Below are positions 1-14,200 of a stretch of DNA of 64,000 nucleotides, in pieces. The position numbers and the translations under genes are program-made. How positions within the stretch are numbered: position 1 is the stretch's first letter; the number at the start of each line of letters is the position of its first letter. The stretch is from Haliotis rubra (taxonomy: Eukaryota): the NCBI RefSeq assembly GCF_003918875.1, contig NW_025767469.1:124001-188000 (forward strand), given 5' to 3'. Under the pieces are notes generated by a model. The model was not told where the DNA came from, did not search any database, and saw nothing but the letters and a program-made list of their open reading frames with translations.

Positions 1-2820
1 CCTACAATGTTATGTTTCTTGTTTTGTTTAGCATCACGCCCCTAGGTTTCATCACAAACACCTGCATTGCTTCGGGACTTCCTCCCACTGTAACCTAATG
101 AGCTACGACTTGTGTCTTGTCCAAGCGGCCTTAAACCTTATTTAGTATCTCACGAGGGGATAAGTTCCCGAGTTCACCTGATTTATAATAGTGAGATCAA
201 AAGGATGAAACCGGATGTTCGAAATCTAACGCCATAATCGTACATAAACGATCATTACACAACTCAGATCATAATTTTATACTGATAAATACCCGTATGT
301 AAGATTGCAGCACAAACATCATAAGCAGGCATTTTCACCAAAACCATATGGTATTTCATTTATATCGCAATGGACAGCAACGGAATGCACTGGACAGAAT
401 TAGGCTTTGAAATAATGAACCGAATTCAATCTACATCACGGGGCCTTAAAAAACGTGAGCGAAATCTAACTTAGATTGAGGAGGGGTGGTTACGTCGTTA
501 CATCCCTTTCCTTTATGTAGTTTAGGGTGGGAGGAAGGCCCGAAGTGACGCTGCAAGTCACGAGGCGTGGAAGCCATGAGTGGCTGTTTATTACAAAACT
601 ACAAACATACTGTGGGCGAATCTACATTCTAACCCACGCTCATGTGTTTCGGGAGTGTCCAAGGGACGCAATTCTGCATAACGAATAACGGTGCTTGGGC
701 CACTCTTGCCGCGATCATTATAATAACGGGTATAATTTCAAGCGGGTTCAAATAATTGTGATACTATTTTGTATTCTTCTGATTTGCTCTTGCGTTGACA
801 TTTTATATTTAACGGGCATTAAACATAAAGTTGAAATAATCATTTAAGTTTTCAGAAACAGACGCCACTGTGTAGAGTAAGGTGACGCCTGGTTAAGAGA
901 TAACCAGATTCTAACATACGGGCCAAGTACGCGATAAAATTGACATCTCAGTCTACATCTATCTATGCGTGATAAGGTTTGTAGGTACATGATACAGTGT
1001 AACCACGAGCTTTATCGATATCCATGTCATAAAAAGCATATAATAGTTATACTGTTTGTATTTTGACGAACTTAATCCATATTCGTTTATTATTTACATT
1101 TAATATTCACGATACACAGTTTCAATTTCTTTGTAATATAAGTCATTCTTGCAATTATAAACGTTAAGATGTAATTTCTTTGAGTGAAGTAAATGATTAA
1201 AATGATTAAAATACATTGTAAGAGTAAACAGACCAATTGATAATGCAGTTGCAGATGATATCATTGATATGAAGACCTTTAGAAACGGATTAAATTATAT
1301 TGTTGGAGTGAACAGCTGGCTTTATGATATAGGTACATATTTGTAGCCTTTAGTCCCTGTTAGTTGGGATCATCTCTATAATTATTCCTGAATACATGTT
1401 TATCGAAATGGTTTAAATATTATCCATTGTAGTTGATAAACAGTGTCAAAGATAGCCCCATAACACTCATGTAAGTCCCATCATCATGGACGTCGAAATC
1501 AGCGTTTCCGTTGAACCCTGTTTGAGCGATATCTTACACATGGAGCATTGTCATGGTAGTACTTCTGGGGTATTCGACAGCAAATCGGTATATCGACCGA
1601 ATTCTTCAACGTCACCTTCTTCCGATTATCGATCGACTGAGGGAATTGGTTCAACGTTACAACGCTACACACATCTTATTTCACCGTTGAATTCCTTCAT
1701 AATTCAAAAGTCCATATCTTGACGTTGCCGTTGAGATCTCCAGTACGGAGTCACCATATGCAAAAGACACAGACAAAATGGCCAAGGTGTTGCAGGAAGA
1801 AAGGAAAAACAATTCCACAGGGTACAATCTGCTGATGTATTCAGCTATATCACGGTGTACCACCTCTGTGAACTGTTGTTCGTGAGGTGTATCATGAAGT
1901 GTTTTTAAATTACCAGAAAACAAAGAATTACAATGGATAATACAGGCTTGTTTCAGTATGCAGAAAGTCAGACAGAGTAACACTTAATCCTAAAGAATCT
2001 GAAATCATATTAAAAAGGAACAGACGTCATCAGGCTATGACTGGTGCAACTGGGAAATAGAGTTTTGGCACTCTTAACAGTAAATAAAAGATTTAGCAGA
2101 CAGTTAACTCGAAACCACACGATCAAATAGATTTTACTTAACGAATAAATATAGCCTTTATAAACAAAGTGTAAGTTGCGCCTTAATCACCTCCATGTCT
2201 AGTTCAGTGAAGAAACTCAAACTGCAATATATTTTAAAATATCACAAATCATCAAAAGGCACTAGTTGCACAAGAAATATAGCCTTCATTTTCAGCAGAA
2301 TCCCTACTTATTGTCAAAAAAACACACAAGACAAAAATTCAAAATGATCAAATGGCGCCAGTTCACCAAAGGACTGATCCTTCTAGTTTCATAAACAAAT
2401 ATTCAGCAGCTTCTAAGCTCTGCTCAGCAATAGGAAAACAGATATAGGACAAGACGTACGGGCGGACATGTTGTGGTATGTTTGCTCAATTTTATAAACC
2501 GGGGGATAATATATGTTATCATGATACCAGGGTACTGACTTGACATGAGTAGTCTTAAGGTAACAGTACAATATTACGCTGCAAATAAGAATCTATAGAT
2601 ATTCAACCACAAGCCTAAATAATGCTTTCCTCGCCGTCAAATGACGTTACATATTCTTTAAATGTGTTAAACAAAAATAACTACAACGATTTACGTTATA
2701 TGCGTGTTATTATTAGGTTTTATGTTTTGATCTTTAATGAGCACGTTTGACTGTTTTGACGCCAGGTGTTTACGTACAGCAAATACAAGAACATAACATA
2801 TTAAGACACCCCAGGACTGG

Positions 2821-2987
2821 CTGACTGACTGAGTATGGTTTTTACGCCGCTTTTAGCAATATTCCAGCAACATCACGGCAGGGGACACCAGAATTGGGCT
2901 TCACACATTGTACCCATGTGGGGATTCGAACCCGGGTCTTCGGCGTGACGAGCGAACGCTTTAACCACTAGGCTACCCCACCGCCCC
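2821..2987 (-). mobile_element. SINE-A: tRNA(Asp-like)-derived SINE, about 165 bp
   Basis: A box TAGCCTAGTGG, B box GGTTCGAATCC, (CAGT/CACT)n tail, TSD agacac(c/t)ccagga. About 25 copies in the window. Confidence 0.92.
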
Positions 2988-3812
2988 AGACACTCCAGGA
3001 AGAATCGAAACACTATCTATGGATTTTTAAAGGAGAGACTGGATTGAATTGTTTACTATATTTATTTTGTTTGATTTTGTTCTGGTTGAGGCTTTTTGGC
3101 TTCACTTATCATCTCGTCATTTATAATGGACATTTATCTACATCAGTATACCATCAGTACACATGTAGTATCTACACTAATCTACACTAATCTAGTGTCA
3201 ACAATTGGTGTGGCAGACAAAGGCGGTAACGAACTCGATCAACTCTCGATTACACAATGTATCGAACAGCTCAATGTACAACTAATATAGCATGAATATC
3301 GACTTTAATGTGTGTGGCAAATTTGTGTAGTTTAGCAAATCGTTGTAAGTGTGTTTCGGGGATACCATCAGTACCATCTCGAGGTTATAAGCAGTTGTCA
3401 ATACAAATGGCGGCCGTTACTGAATGAAAAAATTACTTCCGGTGTCACCGAGGTCACGGTCATCCAATCAAAACGAATAACACCCTTGTGACGTACGGAT
3501 TTTAGAAATACTATCTCACCGGTATCTTCACCGCGTGGGCAATAAATGTATTTAGCAACCGAATCATGAAATTTCATAACTGCAAACCTTCACTCCTTAA
3601 AGCGTAATATTTTTTCTACAATTCTGAGGTGAAGACTTTGGATCCCGACCAGTATGTTATGGACTTGATAACGTTGTACGTGAGTCTGTGTTATCATGTG
3701 TCTCTGAACCCAAGGCTAAGTCACGTGGCGTGTCGCTGTGATATATATCATGGTTATGCGGCAACGATTATTGATGTGAACTTATGAACATCTACATCTA
3801 CATCCTGGGCAT

Positions 3813-4277
3813 ATGAAAATGGTTCCACTCTATCTATGTTTCGCTGTTGCAACGCTCTGGTTGACCACCTCTGACGCTCATTCTCCCCACGTCTGTGAGT
3901 ACTCAGGAGTTTCCTAATAGCTAAGTACATAGTACAGATACAATCTGGTCCAGCAGTCTGTGGTTTGTTTAAATCATTTATAGAGTGCACAACAAAGTTT
4001 ACACTTTTTGTAGGCAAGACAAGCTTATCTTTTTTGCCAACATTTGTGACTTTTATTCATTCATTCATTCATTCATTCATTCATTTGATCATTCAACCCG
4101 TGAAGATCCGGGTAAAAATTTATCTTCAGTAACCCATGCTTGTCGTAAGAGGCGACTAGCGGAATCGGGTGGTCAGGCTCGCTGACTTGGTTGACACATG
4201 TCATCGTATCCCAATTGCATAGATCGACGCTCATGCTGTTGAATGTCACTGGATTGTCTGGTCCAGATCATTTATTC

Positions 4278-4346
<69 letters not shown>

Positions 4347-7300
4347 GCACAAAATGTCCAAAATAGTATAGGTGTTCAATCATAAAATTACGTAGATAAT
4401 AAAACAGAATGCCTTTTTTTCTCCAACATGTTTCGTTCTTTACTGAAGAACCTGAAGAGTTCTCCCTGAAGAGTAAAGAACGAAGCGTGTTGGAGAAATA
4501 GGCATTCTGTTTTTATTTATCTACGTAATATATATATATTAAGTAACACCAAACATTGCCGTCGAGTGCGAGCTCATCTATGATCTAACAAGGGAAAGAA
4601 TAACATTGATTTTTTTTAAAAACTGTACCATTATGTTTGTCATAACATACCGAGGGTATTCCTAGTTAGAACTGGTCCCGAGAAACTTTACCCCAAGCGA
4701 CATAACGGGTAGGGAAGTCAGACAATGTGATTTGTTTGACAGCATTTTAACGACGTGCTCATTATATCAACCACTGGATTGTCTGGCCAAGACTCGATTT
4801 TTGCACGCTGGACTGTTGCTGAATGCGGTTTTAAAGAACAAGCGTATTCATTTAAGGGGTCTAGAGAATGGGTCATTCCATCCCGTTAGTCGCACGGGTT
4901 GCTGAAAAACAACTCTCAACCCGATCTTCATGGTTCTGATAATCAGTGCTTCATAAACGTGATAATTAGTGATTCATAAACACATGATTACGACGTACAG
5001 TGGAGATAGCTATATATATGCACCTTTTTTACAGTGATCGGTAGCCAATATTACCGTTATCAAGCAGGTGATATAGATATAGAGAGGTTATGGGGATAAT
5101 TGACGTATGATGGCAGATTGGTGTTCAGACAACACATGAGGTTGTAACAAAGACCTTCTTGATCCATAGGGGGGCGGTGGGATAGACTAGTGGTCACGCC
5201 GAAGACCCGGGTTCGATTCCCCACATGGGCAAAATGTGTGAAGCCCATTTTGGTGTCCCCCCGCCTTGATATTGCTGGAATATTGCTAAAAGCGGCGTAA
5301 AATCAAACTCACTCAATCACTCTAGATCCATAGAGTTGTCTCTCTTGTACACCATGCCAACTTCTAAATGTTCAAGAACTTAATCAGGATATATCGGAAT
5401 AGTGTAAGATTCTCAGCTATTAGTCGGGGGTTTCTCATGGTTATTAAGATGGTGTCGTATTTCGTCTTGCGTTGAGTGTAGTCAGCTATCGTGGAACAAA
5501 GGGTATTAAAATATATAAGGTATGTATTTCAAAGTTCTTTTCCAAATAACTTCGGGCGAACATTGTAACTCAGTATTGCAGTATGGTTACAGAGTGAGTG
5601 AGTAAGTGAGTGAGTGAGTGAGTTGGGTTTTACGCCGTTATTAGCAATATACTAGCAATATCACGGACGAGTGAACGCTTTAACCACTGAGCTACCCCGC
5701 CTCCCCTACGAGCCCGCCTCCGCGGTGTAGTAGTGGTTAAACGAGACCGCCTCCGCGGTGTAGTGGTTAGAGCGTCCGCTAGTACAAGCAGCCGCACATA
5801 CACATACACACGCATGCACGTCGTCATATGAGCGAAATATTCTCAAGCACGACGTAAAACCCAATTTCACCTCACCTCACCTCCCATACGATTACAGATA
5901 TAGCATCACCACATTTGTATGTATATGTTACCAGATTATATGGACGCAGAGTGCGGGTCCAGTATAAGTGTCACGAATGATGTGAGAGTGCAGCTGGCGA
6001 CCAACACCCACCTTCTCCCCAACTGGACATGCTCCACAAGTCTGGAGGCGCATACAGACGGTGACCAGTTGCTGGTCCGGATCAGAAATCTAAACACATC
6101 ACCGTCTGTTGACTGCAGTGAAAACAGTTTGAAGATAATCGATACTGACGAACACATAGATATAAACGGTTAGTCCTACATTAAGCCCATATTTAAGCCA
6201 TGTTTGCGACGTTGGTGTAGTTGAACTACAATTGATTACATTGGCTATAATCACAGCAAAATCTAATTGTACTTGTTTCTTCTTTAACGCCAAATTTAAC
6301 AATCCAGTGATTGACATCATGAGCATCGATCTACGCAACTGGGACACGATGACATGCGTCAACAAAGTCAGCAAGCCTGGCCATCCCATGACGTTAGTCA
6401 CCTCATGCGACAAGCAGAGGTTGCTGAAGGTCTGTTTCCAACCGGATCTCCATCGGTGCCTATTCGTATGGAATTAGGTGAACAGTATAATGGCCTGATC
6501 TGGGTCAACTTAGGGTGGTGTTACTTTGTCGATAATTTGAAATAATCCACTTCTGTACAATTAAACATCTTCCGCTTTTTAAATATTAAATCACTGCAAG
6601 TGGCTACTCTATTCTCGTCCATGCGGGAGTTTTACTGCACGGTGTCAAACTAAACATCCAATAATTCCTATTACACACTAATTATGTGGTTGCCGGTTGC
6701 ATCAATACTGGAGGTTGAAAAAACAGTCCACTTTCTGTGACCCTGTTGTAATTATCGTAGCAAAATGATTACTTCCAGATTAACAAACTTATTCGCTTGA
6801 AATTGCCATTGAATAATTATCACGTCTATTTTTGGACAAATGCATGGTTTTATTGGATTGCCATTTGACTGAAATTTATTTACCGCTCTTCGAGAATTTC
6901 ATACATCGACTGACGCCACGACAGATCTGCAGTAAACATGCACTTCCTGTTGATTTGTGAAAGGGAGATAACCGTGAGAAACGGAGATAACCGTGAAAAA
7001 CGGAGATAACCATGAAATTCGTTTATAGATACGATTCCTGAACACACTAAAGTCCTAATTATGTTAAAACAGTGGTGGGTTTGGAAGATATGGGTGAGAC
7101 CTTACACCCCTTCGTGTATCCCACGAATACCTGGGGTTTTGAAAAGCCTCAATTCTCTCTGAAGGCATGAAAGAAATCTTTGATCGGGATTTCGAATCCA
7201 TGTTTGTCCTGATTATGTTTCCAGGCCTGTCAACAACAAACACTATTGGTTTCACCCTGTTGGGTGCCGTTGTACAAAGCGATCTTAACGCTAATGTGAT

Positions 7301-10300
7301 CGTAACTCCCGTACCTAAACATAGACTTACGACTGTCGCTAAGGCTGCTTGTACAACAGCACCCTGCTTTATTTAGATCGTTCCTCTCTCCACATATCAT
7401 CCCCTTTACAGGGCGATGGGGTAGCCTAGTGGTTAAAGCGTGCGCTCGTCACGCCGAAGACCCGGGTTCGAATCCCCACATGGGTACAATGTGTGAAGCC
7501 CATTTCTGGTGTTCCCCGCCGTGATGTTGCTGGAATATTGCTAAAAGCGGCGTCAAACTAAACTCAGTCAGTCAGTCAGTCCCCTTTACACTACACCTCC
7601 GTTGTTCCAGGAGAGCACGGGGACTGTGGTTCCACACCACCAGTAAGGACTTTTGTCACCAATGGAAGTTCAGTGACGTTTGTGTTCAACACAGATGGCG
7701 CGAACCAGGATGGCCAGTTCGACATCCTCGTGACATCCTTCAGTCTATCTATCAATGGTACGTGCATGTTTGGATATCAATAAAATTTCAACTAGATAAG
7801 ATGATACGTTATGGCCAGTTTGGTGTGTTCCCGTTTTCTCATATCCCAAACCAATCAAATTCAACAAACAAACATATATATGAAACATTTCAAGTTTCTC
7901 TTAAGGACTCATCTGTTCCGTTTGTACTTTAAAAGTGACCTTGTACTGCCACCAAGTTTTTACTTTTCCTTGACTCTTGCATGCTCTGTGAGCACGCCTC
8001 ATTTGAGTTTAGCGCAATATAAATGGACATTACATTACTTACATATATTCAATGATATTTTTCTTTGAAACTGAAGGTGTCATCACTGTTTTTCTTAGAT
8101 CCATTCATATAATTTTAAACACTATTTTGTCGTTTAGGACTAAGAACTATGTTTCAAAAGATAATTGAGGAAGATTACATTCTGGCATTAACACTCTGGC
8201 ATTAACAATTTATCGGTCTGCCGTGGGGATGCTAACTGACCATTTCAACAAAAACTGACGTACAAATGAAAGTACACACCTGATGCTTTGGTGACATGTT
8301 TTCCTTAATACAGCGTAATATTTAGAAAAGTGTTTTGATTGTGACTCAAACATTGTGTACGTGTTGCAATAACACCATAGATATCGTACCCAATTGGAAC
8401 ATTGCCAACAAAATATCGACGTTTTTTAAGAGTCTCAAACCACCAGGTGTGTACTTTCTTTTGTACTTCAGTATATTTATGTGTTATAATTCATTTGCCC
8501 GAAAAAGATTGAAATAGTCTCTGATAACAGTGTGTAAGATTATATCATAATTATTCAAATATCAAATGAATTACGTTAGTTCAGGTACGCTGTATATGTA
8601 TGTATTGCACGATTATCTAGAAATGAAGCCAGGGTTCGGATATTTCTATTTGAATATCTTATGTAAATATGCTATGATAAAAGATGAGTTCTTCAAATCT
8701 ACATTAACGTATTCAACCTTTATTCGTGGTACTGAATCATCAGAAATGTCTATACAGGTACGTGCTCCAGTGATCGCTTCCTGTGCGATAACAGCCGGTG
8801 TGTGAGCTGGAGCGTCGCCTGTAACGGCTTCAACGACTGTGGCGACAACAGTGATGAACTCGACGTTTGTGGTATTGGGGTGGCCGCCATAAGTGGAATA
8901 GCCGTGGGATCGTTTGTGTGCTTCGTCATATTGCTGCTTATCATCATCAGTAGAGTAAGACGGAAGCGCTTCAGAAGACGTCAGGTAAATGTCTGGAACT
9001 GTCTTGGAGTGGTCGGATGAGTGAGTGGATGCGTGGGAGGGGGAATATGTGGGTAAGGGAGTGAGTAACTCGTTGAATAGATGAAATGGTGGACGGTTGA
9101 ACGAATGGCTGAGTGGCTGAACGAGTGGGTGAGTGGTAGGATGGGTTGATGGGTGGTAGGATTGGTGGGTGAGTAGTCGGGTGGGTGAGTGGGTGAGTAC
9201 TCAGATTGGGTGGTAGGGTGAGTGAGTGAGTGGCTGAATGAGTAGGTGAGTGGTAGGATGGGTTGGTGGGTGGTAGGATTGGTGGGTGAGTGGTCGGATG
9301 GGTGAGTGGATGAGTACTTAGATTGGGTCGTAGGGTGAGTGAGTGAGTGGCTAGATGGGTGGGTGAGTGGTAGGATGGGTTGGTGGGTGGTAGGATTGGG
9401 GGGTGAGTGGTCGGATGGGTGAGTGGGTGAGTACTTAGACTGGGTGGTAGGGTGAGTGAGTGAGTGGCTAGATAGGTCGGTAAGGGAGTGAGTGACTGGT
9501 TGGATAGGTGAATGGGCGGGTGGGTGGGTTGTAGGATGGGTGGGGAGTGAATGGGTGGGCATAATGGCAAGTAGGTTCATACTATTCTTCTCTGCAATCA
9601 ACATTACTCTAGCTATTTCCCCGTCGTAGCAAGGGAAACAGGTGGTTAATGTCATGAGCACAGAACCATACTGTCCGGGTACATGACAGTTTGTCCAGGG
9701 GACAAATGTTCTGGACCACAATCTGACCAGTTAATGGAAGGGACTTGGCAAACATACATACGTTTGAAGATTTCAGCCATGGGGTTTTTCACATGTTCCA
9801 CGACGACGTACGACCGGCAGGGCATGTCATGTTACCCTTTGAGCGAACACCTGGTGTCATAACTGATATCCAGAGATCCACTCATATAAACTACGTCCAA
9901 TGCAATCTGTTTCGATAGGTGTTCGATACTGGTCATTTTCCAGCGTTTAAGTTTTATATACATGTAAAAGTATTTAACTTCATACTACGAGGGCCGGTGG
10001 GGTAGCCCATTTCTGGTGTTCTTCGCCGTGATATTGCTGGAATATTGCTAANNNNNNNNNNNNNNNNNNNNNNNNNNNNNNNNNNNNNNNNNNNNNNNNN
10101 NNNNNNNNNNNNNNNNNNNNNNNNNNNNNNNNNNNNNNNNNNNNNNNNNNNNNNNNNNNNNNNNNNNNNNNNNNNNNNNNNNNNNNNNNNNNNNNNNNNN
10201 NNNNNNNNNNNNNNNNNNNNNNNNNNNNNNNNNNNNNNGACCGAACTGTTGCAGGCCAGAAGATCAACGGATGTCCAGACCAAGCCTGGATACGGAACCT

Positions 10301-10314
10301 TATTTAACGGATAA
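3813..10314 (+). CDS. Gene A: signal peptide-CUB-LDLa-TM type I membrane protein, about 249 aa, 5 coding exons
   Basis: join(3813-3894,5935-6168,7611-7757,8758-8984,10255-10314). All introns GT-AG, phases 1,1,1,0; 750 nt open. [22 protein letters not shown] signal; [38 protein letters not shown] (CUB-like, 4 Cys); [36 protein letters not shown] (LDLa); TM; [11 protein letters not shown]|[19 protein letters not shown]. The last exon lies just after the N gap. Confidence 0.88.
4096..4270 (+). mobile_element. SINE-B (family without a tRNA head), 3'-truncated at (TA)n
   Basis: Starts ACCCGTGAAGATCCGGGT; contains CATGCTTGTCGTAAGAGGCGACTA. Confidence 0.85.
4279..4345. repeat. (TA)n microsatellite
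   Basis: Seen directly. Confidence 0.98.
4387..4529. mobile_element. Tiny palindromic Penelope-derived remnant with a hammerhead-like motif at 4460-4497
   Basis: About 57-bp inverted arms; TTCTCC-CTGAAGA-GTAAAGAAC-GAAGCGTGTT-GGAGAA. The opposite arm retains GAAACATGTT. Flanked by (TA)n. Confidence 0.6.
5169..5322 (+). mobile_element. SINE-A
   Basis: Family match; TSD gatccatag. Confidence 0.88.
5710..5885 (+). mobile_element. SINE-C, internally deleted, with a duplicated head
   Basis: Head CCGCCTCCGCGGTGTAGTGGTT occurs twice and joins directly to the 3' part; ends about 50 bp upstream of gene A exon 2. Confidence 0.75.
7262..7364. mobile_element. Short palindromic MITE; related copy at about 48368-48470
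   Basis: GGGTGCCGTTGTACAAAGCGATCTTA...TAAGGCTGCTTGTACAACAGCACCC. Confidence 0.6.
7411..7580 (+). mobile_element. SINE-A
   Basis: Family match; TSD tcccctttaca; ends about 30 bp before gene A exon 3. Confidence 0.92.
7880..8040 (+). mobile_element. L2/CR1-like LINE 3' end
   Basis: [11 protein letters not shown]-terminal motif followed by a GCGCAATATAAAT and (CATTA)n-like tail. Confidence 0.5.
9007..9560. repeat. G/T-rich compound tandem repeat (about 112-bp period, built from GAGT/GGGT units), gene A intron 4
   Basis: Repeated GAGTACTTAGA..GGGTGGTAGGGTGAGTGAGTGAGTGGCT..GGTAGGATGGGTTGGTGGG. Confidence 0.9.
10052..10238. other. Assembly gap (N run) inside intron 4 of gene A
   Basis: Run of Ns, beginning within a SINE-A fragment. 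Confidence 1.
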
Positions 10315-10518
10315 AATCAGCCCACTGACCAGAATACAGACTGAATACATGAACAGACACCAAGTTGAACTAGTTATGGAAATGACCAACGGCTGCCTGT
10401 GTACTGAGAAGAACATCGAACAGTGGGCAGGTTCCTTGCAGATCCTACATATGCAGCTGTCATCACAGGATTAGACTGCTGATTGAGAATAGGAACTGAC
10501 CTTATTATGTCCATACAT

Positions 10519-10525
10519 TGTGTGT

Positions 10526-10577
<52 letters not shown>

Positions 10578-10655
10578 GGGAGGTGTGTCTGTATGTGTGT
10601 CGTTGTGTCTGCATGTGTGTTCTTGCGTGTGAGTGCGTGTGCCTTTGTGTGTGAT
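10519..10655. repeat. (GT)n/(GA)n compound microsatellite
   Basis: Seen directly. Confidence 0.95.
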
Positions 10656-11265
10656 GTTTACCTGTACATATCAACCTGTATACAGTAAAAATGTGATACC
10701 GAATGCAACTCGTTGGTGTCGACTATTCAAACAAAGAATCGTACACAGGTCATATGTACATGAATATATAACTATACTCCAAAAGTATATCCCCGTGTTT
10801 GTCAACGTGAAGTCTTGACGTGCCTTTGCATGTGTTTGTGACAAGTGGGGGGAGGGGGGGGATAAGTAAACACCTGGTATCATCACTATTTGATAGTGAA
10901 TTATAAAGCATGCAAATGATACAGAAGTAAAAGGAGAATTGTGATATGTCTGTAGTTATATTACCAATATTGGTGGAAGATTGCTGAAATCAACAAACAA
11001 GGACCCAAGTCAATAATACAAGAACAAATCTTAAAGTTTGCAAATACTTAAGGATGTCTCCAGCTAGCTGTTTGTCATAAAAGGATGTTATTTATCTTTA
11101 CGACCTTCAACAATATTTGTGGTCGCTACATATCTCCAAATCAAAAATGTACAAAATCAAGAAATTAAGACCTGGTTGTGTCGAACTCGCGGTGACCAAG
11201 GTAAAGGATGTCTGGGCTGACAACCAAGGTGATTTTCGGAAAATCAAGTTATCTTTGGTTAACTA

Positions 11266-14200
11266 AACTAGTGTCCAAAAGAAACGATACCACGTGTTGC
11301 AAAGATCACTAAATTAAAACAAAACAACAGACATTTCAAATTGATATCTTTCATTAGATAAATGATTTTACGGCATGTGTACAAAAAGTCATGGCAATCA
11401 AAGATTTACAATCATTAACACAGGGCTTTAAACGAAGTGTGGTGCCCAAAATTGAAATTTCATTTTAGCACAGTGGAGGAGGCTAGTGAGGGTAGTCTCT
11501 GAAAACAGTCTTAACGCCACTTTAGTACCGGGTATGTCCACCAGCAGCTTACACCCCTGGCTGCCGAGCTTTTTGCCAGTTTTTTTTCGCACATTTTCAT
11601 ACGGTTTGAAAAGTGAACGTTGTGCGAGAATTGCGCTCGCGTGGTCCTGGATCTACGTACGGCTATAAAATTACACAGAAATGTAGAATATTAAATTTCC
11701 TATCCGTTGGTATAAATATAAGTGCAACTACCTTGGCAGTTTGAGAAATAGACACTGCTAAATGTTGTCCAAATGTTTGTTATGCGTTAAAAAACAGTAA
11801 ATTTATCCGCTTTTTATCGCGCACCGATAAAAGCACTGTGCTACGAATTTATTAATGTGGCATCTTTACGGAAAGTGTGAGCGAAGAAAATACAGCCTGA
11901 TATCTGAACGACATAAGTGTATATGAATTGGGTTTATTTGCTTGTGCATAACGTTATACGCTCAACATTAAAAATGACTCACAATAAGTGTCAAAAAATG
12001 GATTTTCTTCTATGACGTCAAACGACGACAGAGAGGTCATACACGTATAATGATAAGGGGGCATAACTCCGTTATTCGTAACACTAGGTCAATGTAACTC
12101 AGGTCAATTGGAGAAAATTTGTTGTGAATACGGACGCTATATTTTCGTTATTTTATGTTTATGGTGAACCAAACTATTACAGTTCAAAGTTCCCCAATGT
12201 GAGCGGATGCAGTTTGGTAGTTTCACAATTTACAAGAAAAATGACAACGTCTTACATGTGAAAGCACGTAATAGCGATTTGGATGGCCCTATCCGATATT
12301 TAAGTTAGTTCTTAGATTCCCATATTCTCCTGTTTGTGTAGATGTAATTTGACTAATTTTGCATTGTTATTACCAGAATACTAGCCATATCTTCAAATGT
12401 AAGGAAATTGCTGAAAATATCACAACATTTTAGTTGACGTCATTGCTTGTTTTATGCATTTTGCGACGTCGGAAAAGGACGACATTGGTATGCTGATTAG
12501 TATATATCTCACCTACTTTCCATTAATTGTATAAAAGGTCTCGGCTTCTATGTCAGAATTTAACACTCTATTAACAAAACATAAAATGACTGATTTTTCC
12601 ATTTAAATAGTGTCCTGAATATATCATCAATTAGACGGTTTGACAGTGTATCTTATTGTGAACAACACGCGCACCTGTTTGGCATCAACTTAACATAAAT
12701 AAAAATAATATTTCTCAACACCCGAATATTTTGTTTGGGATAAGAAGTTTGTTTGTTTATGATTATGTAGCTATTTCTCTTCATACGTATGCAATGAAAG
12801 ATGCAAAAAGATAGCTTTTTATATATGGAACTATATATTAGAATATGGATGTAAGATTTGTCCGAATTAACACAGATGGTATATGAGATGGTATATATAT
12901 ATTCAACAATTTTCCTATAAATGTAGTTAGAGTTTGATATCCTGTCATCGCAATATTATTTAATTGAATATGAATTGATTATATTATCGAAAACAATGAT
13001 AGAGAATCATAAAACGTTTCCAACAAACGCGCACCTGGCCAATCAATATGCATTATTCTTTTGTCTATAAAACGACACAAATTTATGCAATGAACAAGAC
13101 AATTCCTTTAAATATGTGTGCATATACATTTCATACCATATATAAATCATTTTCATTAATATTATCAGTTTTACATATAAGGTTGAATTAAATCACCGTT
13201 CATTAACCAGTTCATATGAAATTGCAATATTAGTCCAAATAAATTGAATAGGAACTAAAGTAGTTGCAATTATGGCTACGTTTGATCGTCTAACACTTGT
13301 GTAAAGGTTTAGAATATGGTGTATTGCACTAAATATGTCAATTTCTTATGTAAATATGATGCAAACAATCAAAAACTTTCAAAGAATATAACACCGTAAA
13401 CCCTATACGCGCGTATGATATGATATTGAACAAGGCTAAATGTGGATACTGAAGTCAGTTTCATGAAAAAGTATCTGAACTATACGCAAAAATACACCAT
13501 AATACTGACAGTGTAATCGGAAGGATTGGGCGATTGTGTTTACTCTTGTTCAACCGACCTTCACCTCAAAGAAATTGCCTAATATGTACAACAATGTTGA
13601 CGTATGACATCACTACCGCTGACCGATTTCTTACAAAATGGCGGCTTTGCTGACAAGGGTACACAGGATTTTGCAAGGTCCCTTCTATTGATTCAGGGAT
13701 CGTTTGTCCATAAATATGACATGTAAGTAATCAGAATGATTCTGACTATCTGTGTATTGTTATATGTTTTTTATCGTTTTCACTATAAGTAAGAGAAAAA
13801 GCCAGAAATGCAGATAATTACCGTTGTCGTTCTGCGTGATTTTGCGTCAGTCATGGCGTCACGCTGCATGGAAACTTTGATAATTTTTCATGAATTATCA
13901 AATCATTGCATTGTATCTATTTATAATTTCCTATTTCTTGCTACGATACTCTTTCCATGCATATTCCAAAGGTATTGAGCCATTGCAAGCAATGAATAGA
14001 CGGATGAATGTTGGACAATTTCAGAAAATGCTAGACAGTGTAAAATAGGTTTTTTGTCTTTGTTTACATTTCGAACCAGCGCAGTCTTTCGAGCACAGCG
14101 TTCGTTTTCACACCCAATATGTTTCGTCTGATTTTATCTTGACAGTTGGCATTGGTGTCAAAGACCAGTTGCAGTTTGATTCTAAAATGTATGGGGAATT

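Noticed and set aside
1430-1990. Possible exon or ORFs at 1486-1722 and 1681-1983
   Set aside because: No recognisable domain, stops in the other frames, and no consistent splice model. Possibly a decayed repeat; unresolved.
8971-9721. Long Pro/Thr/His-rich ORFs (199 and 246 aa) resembling mucins
   Set aside because: They are translations of an intronic G/T tandem repeat, antisense to gene A.
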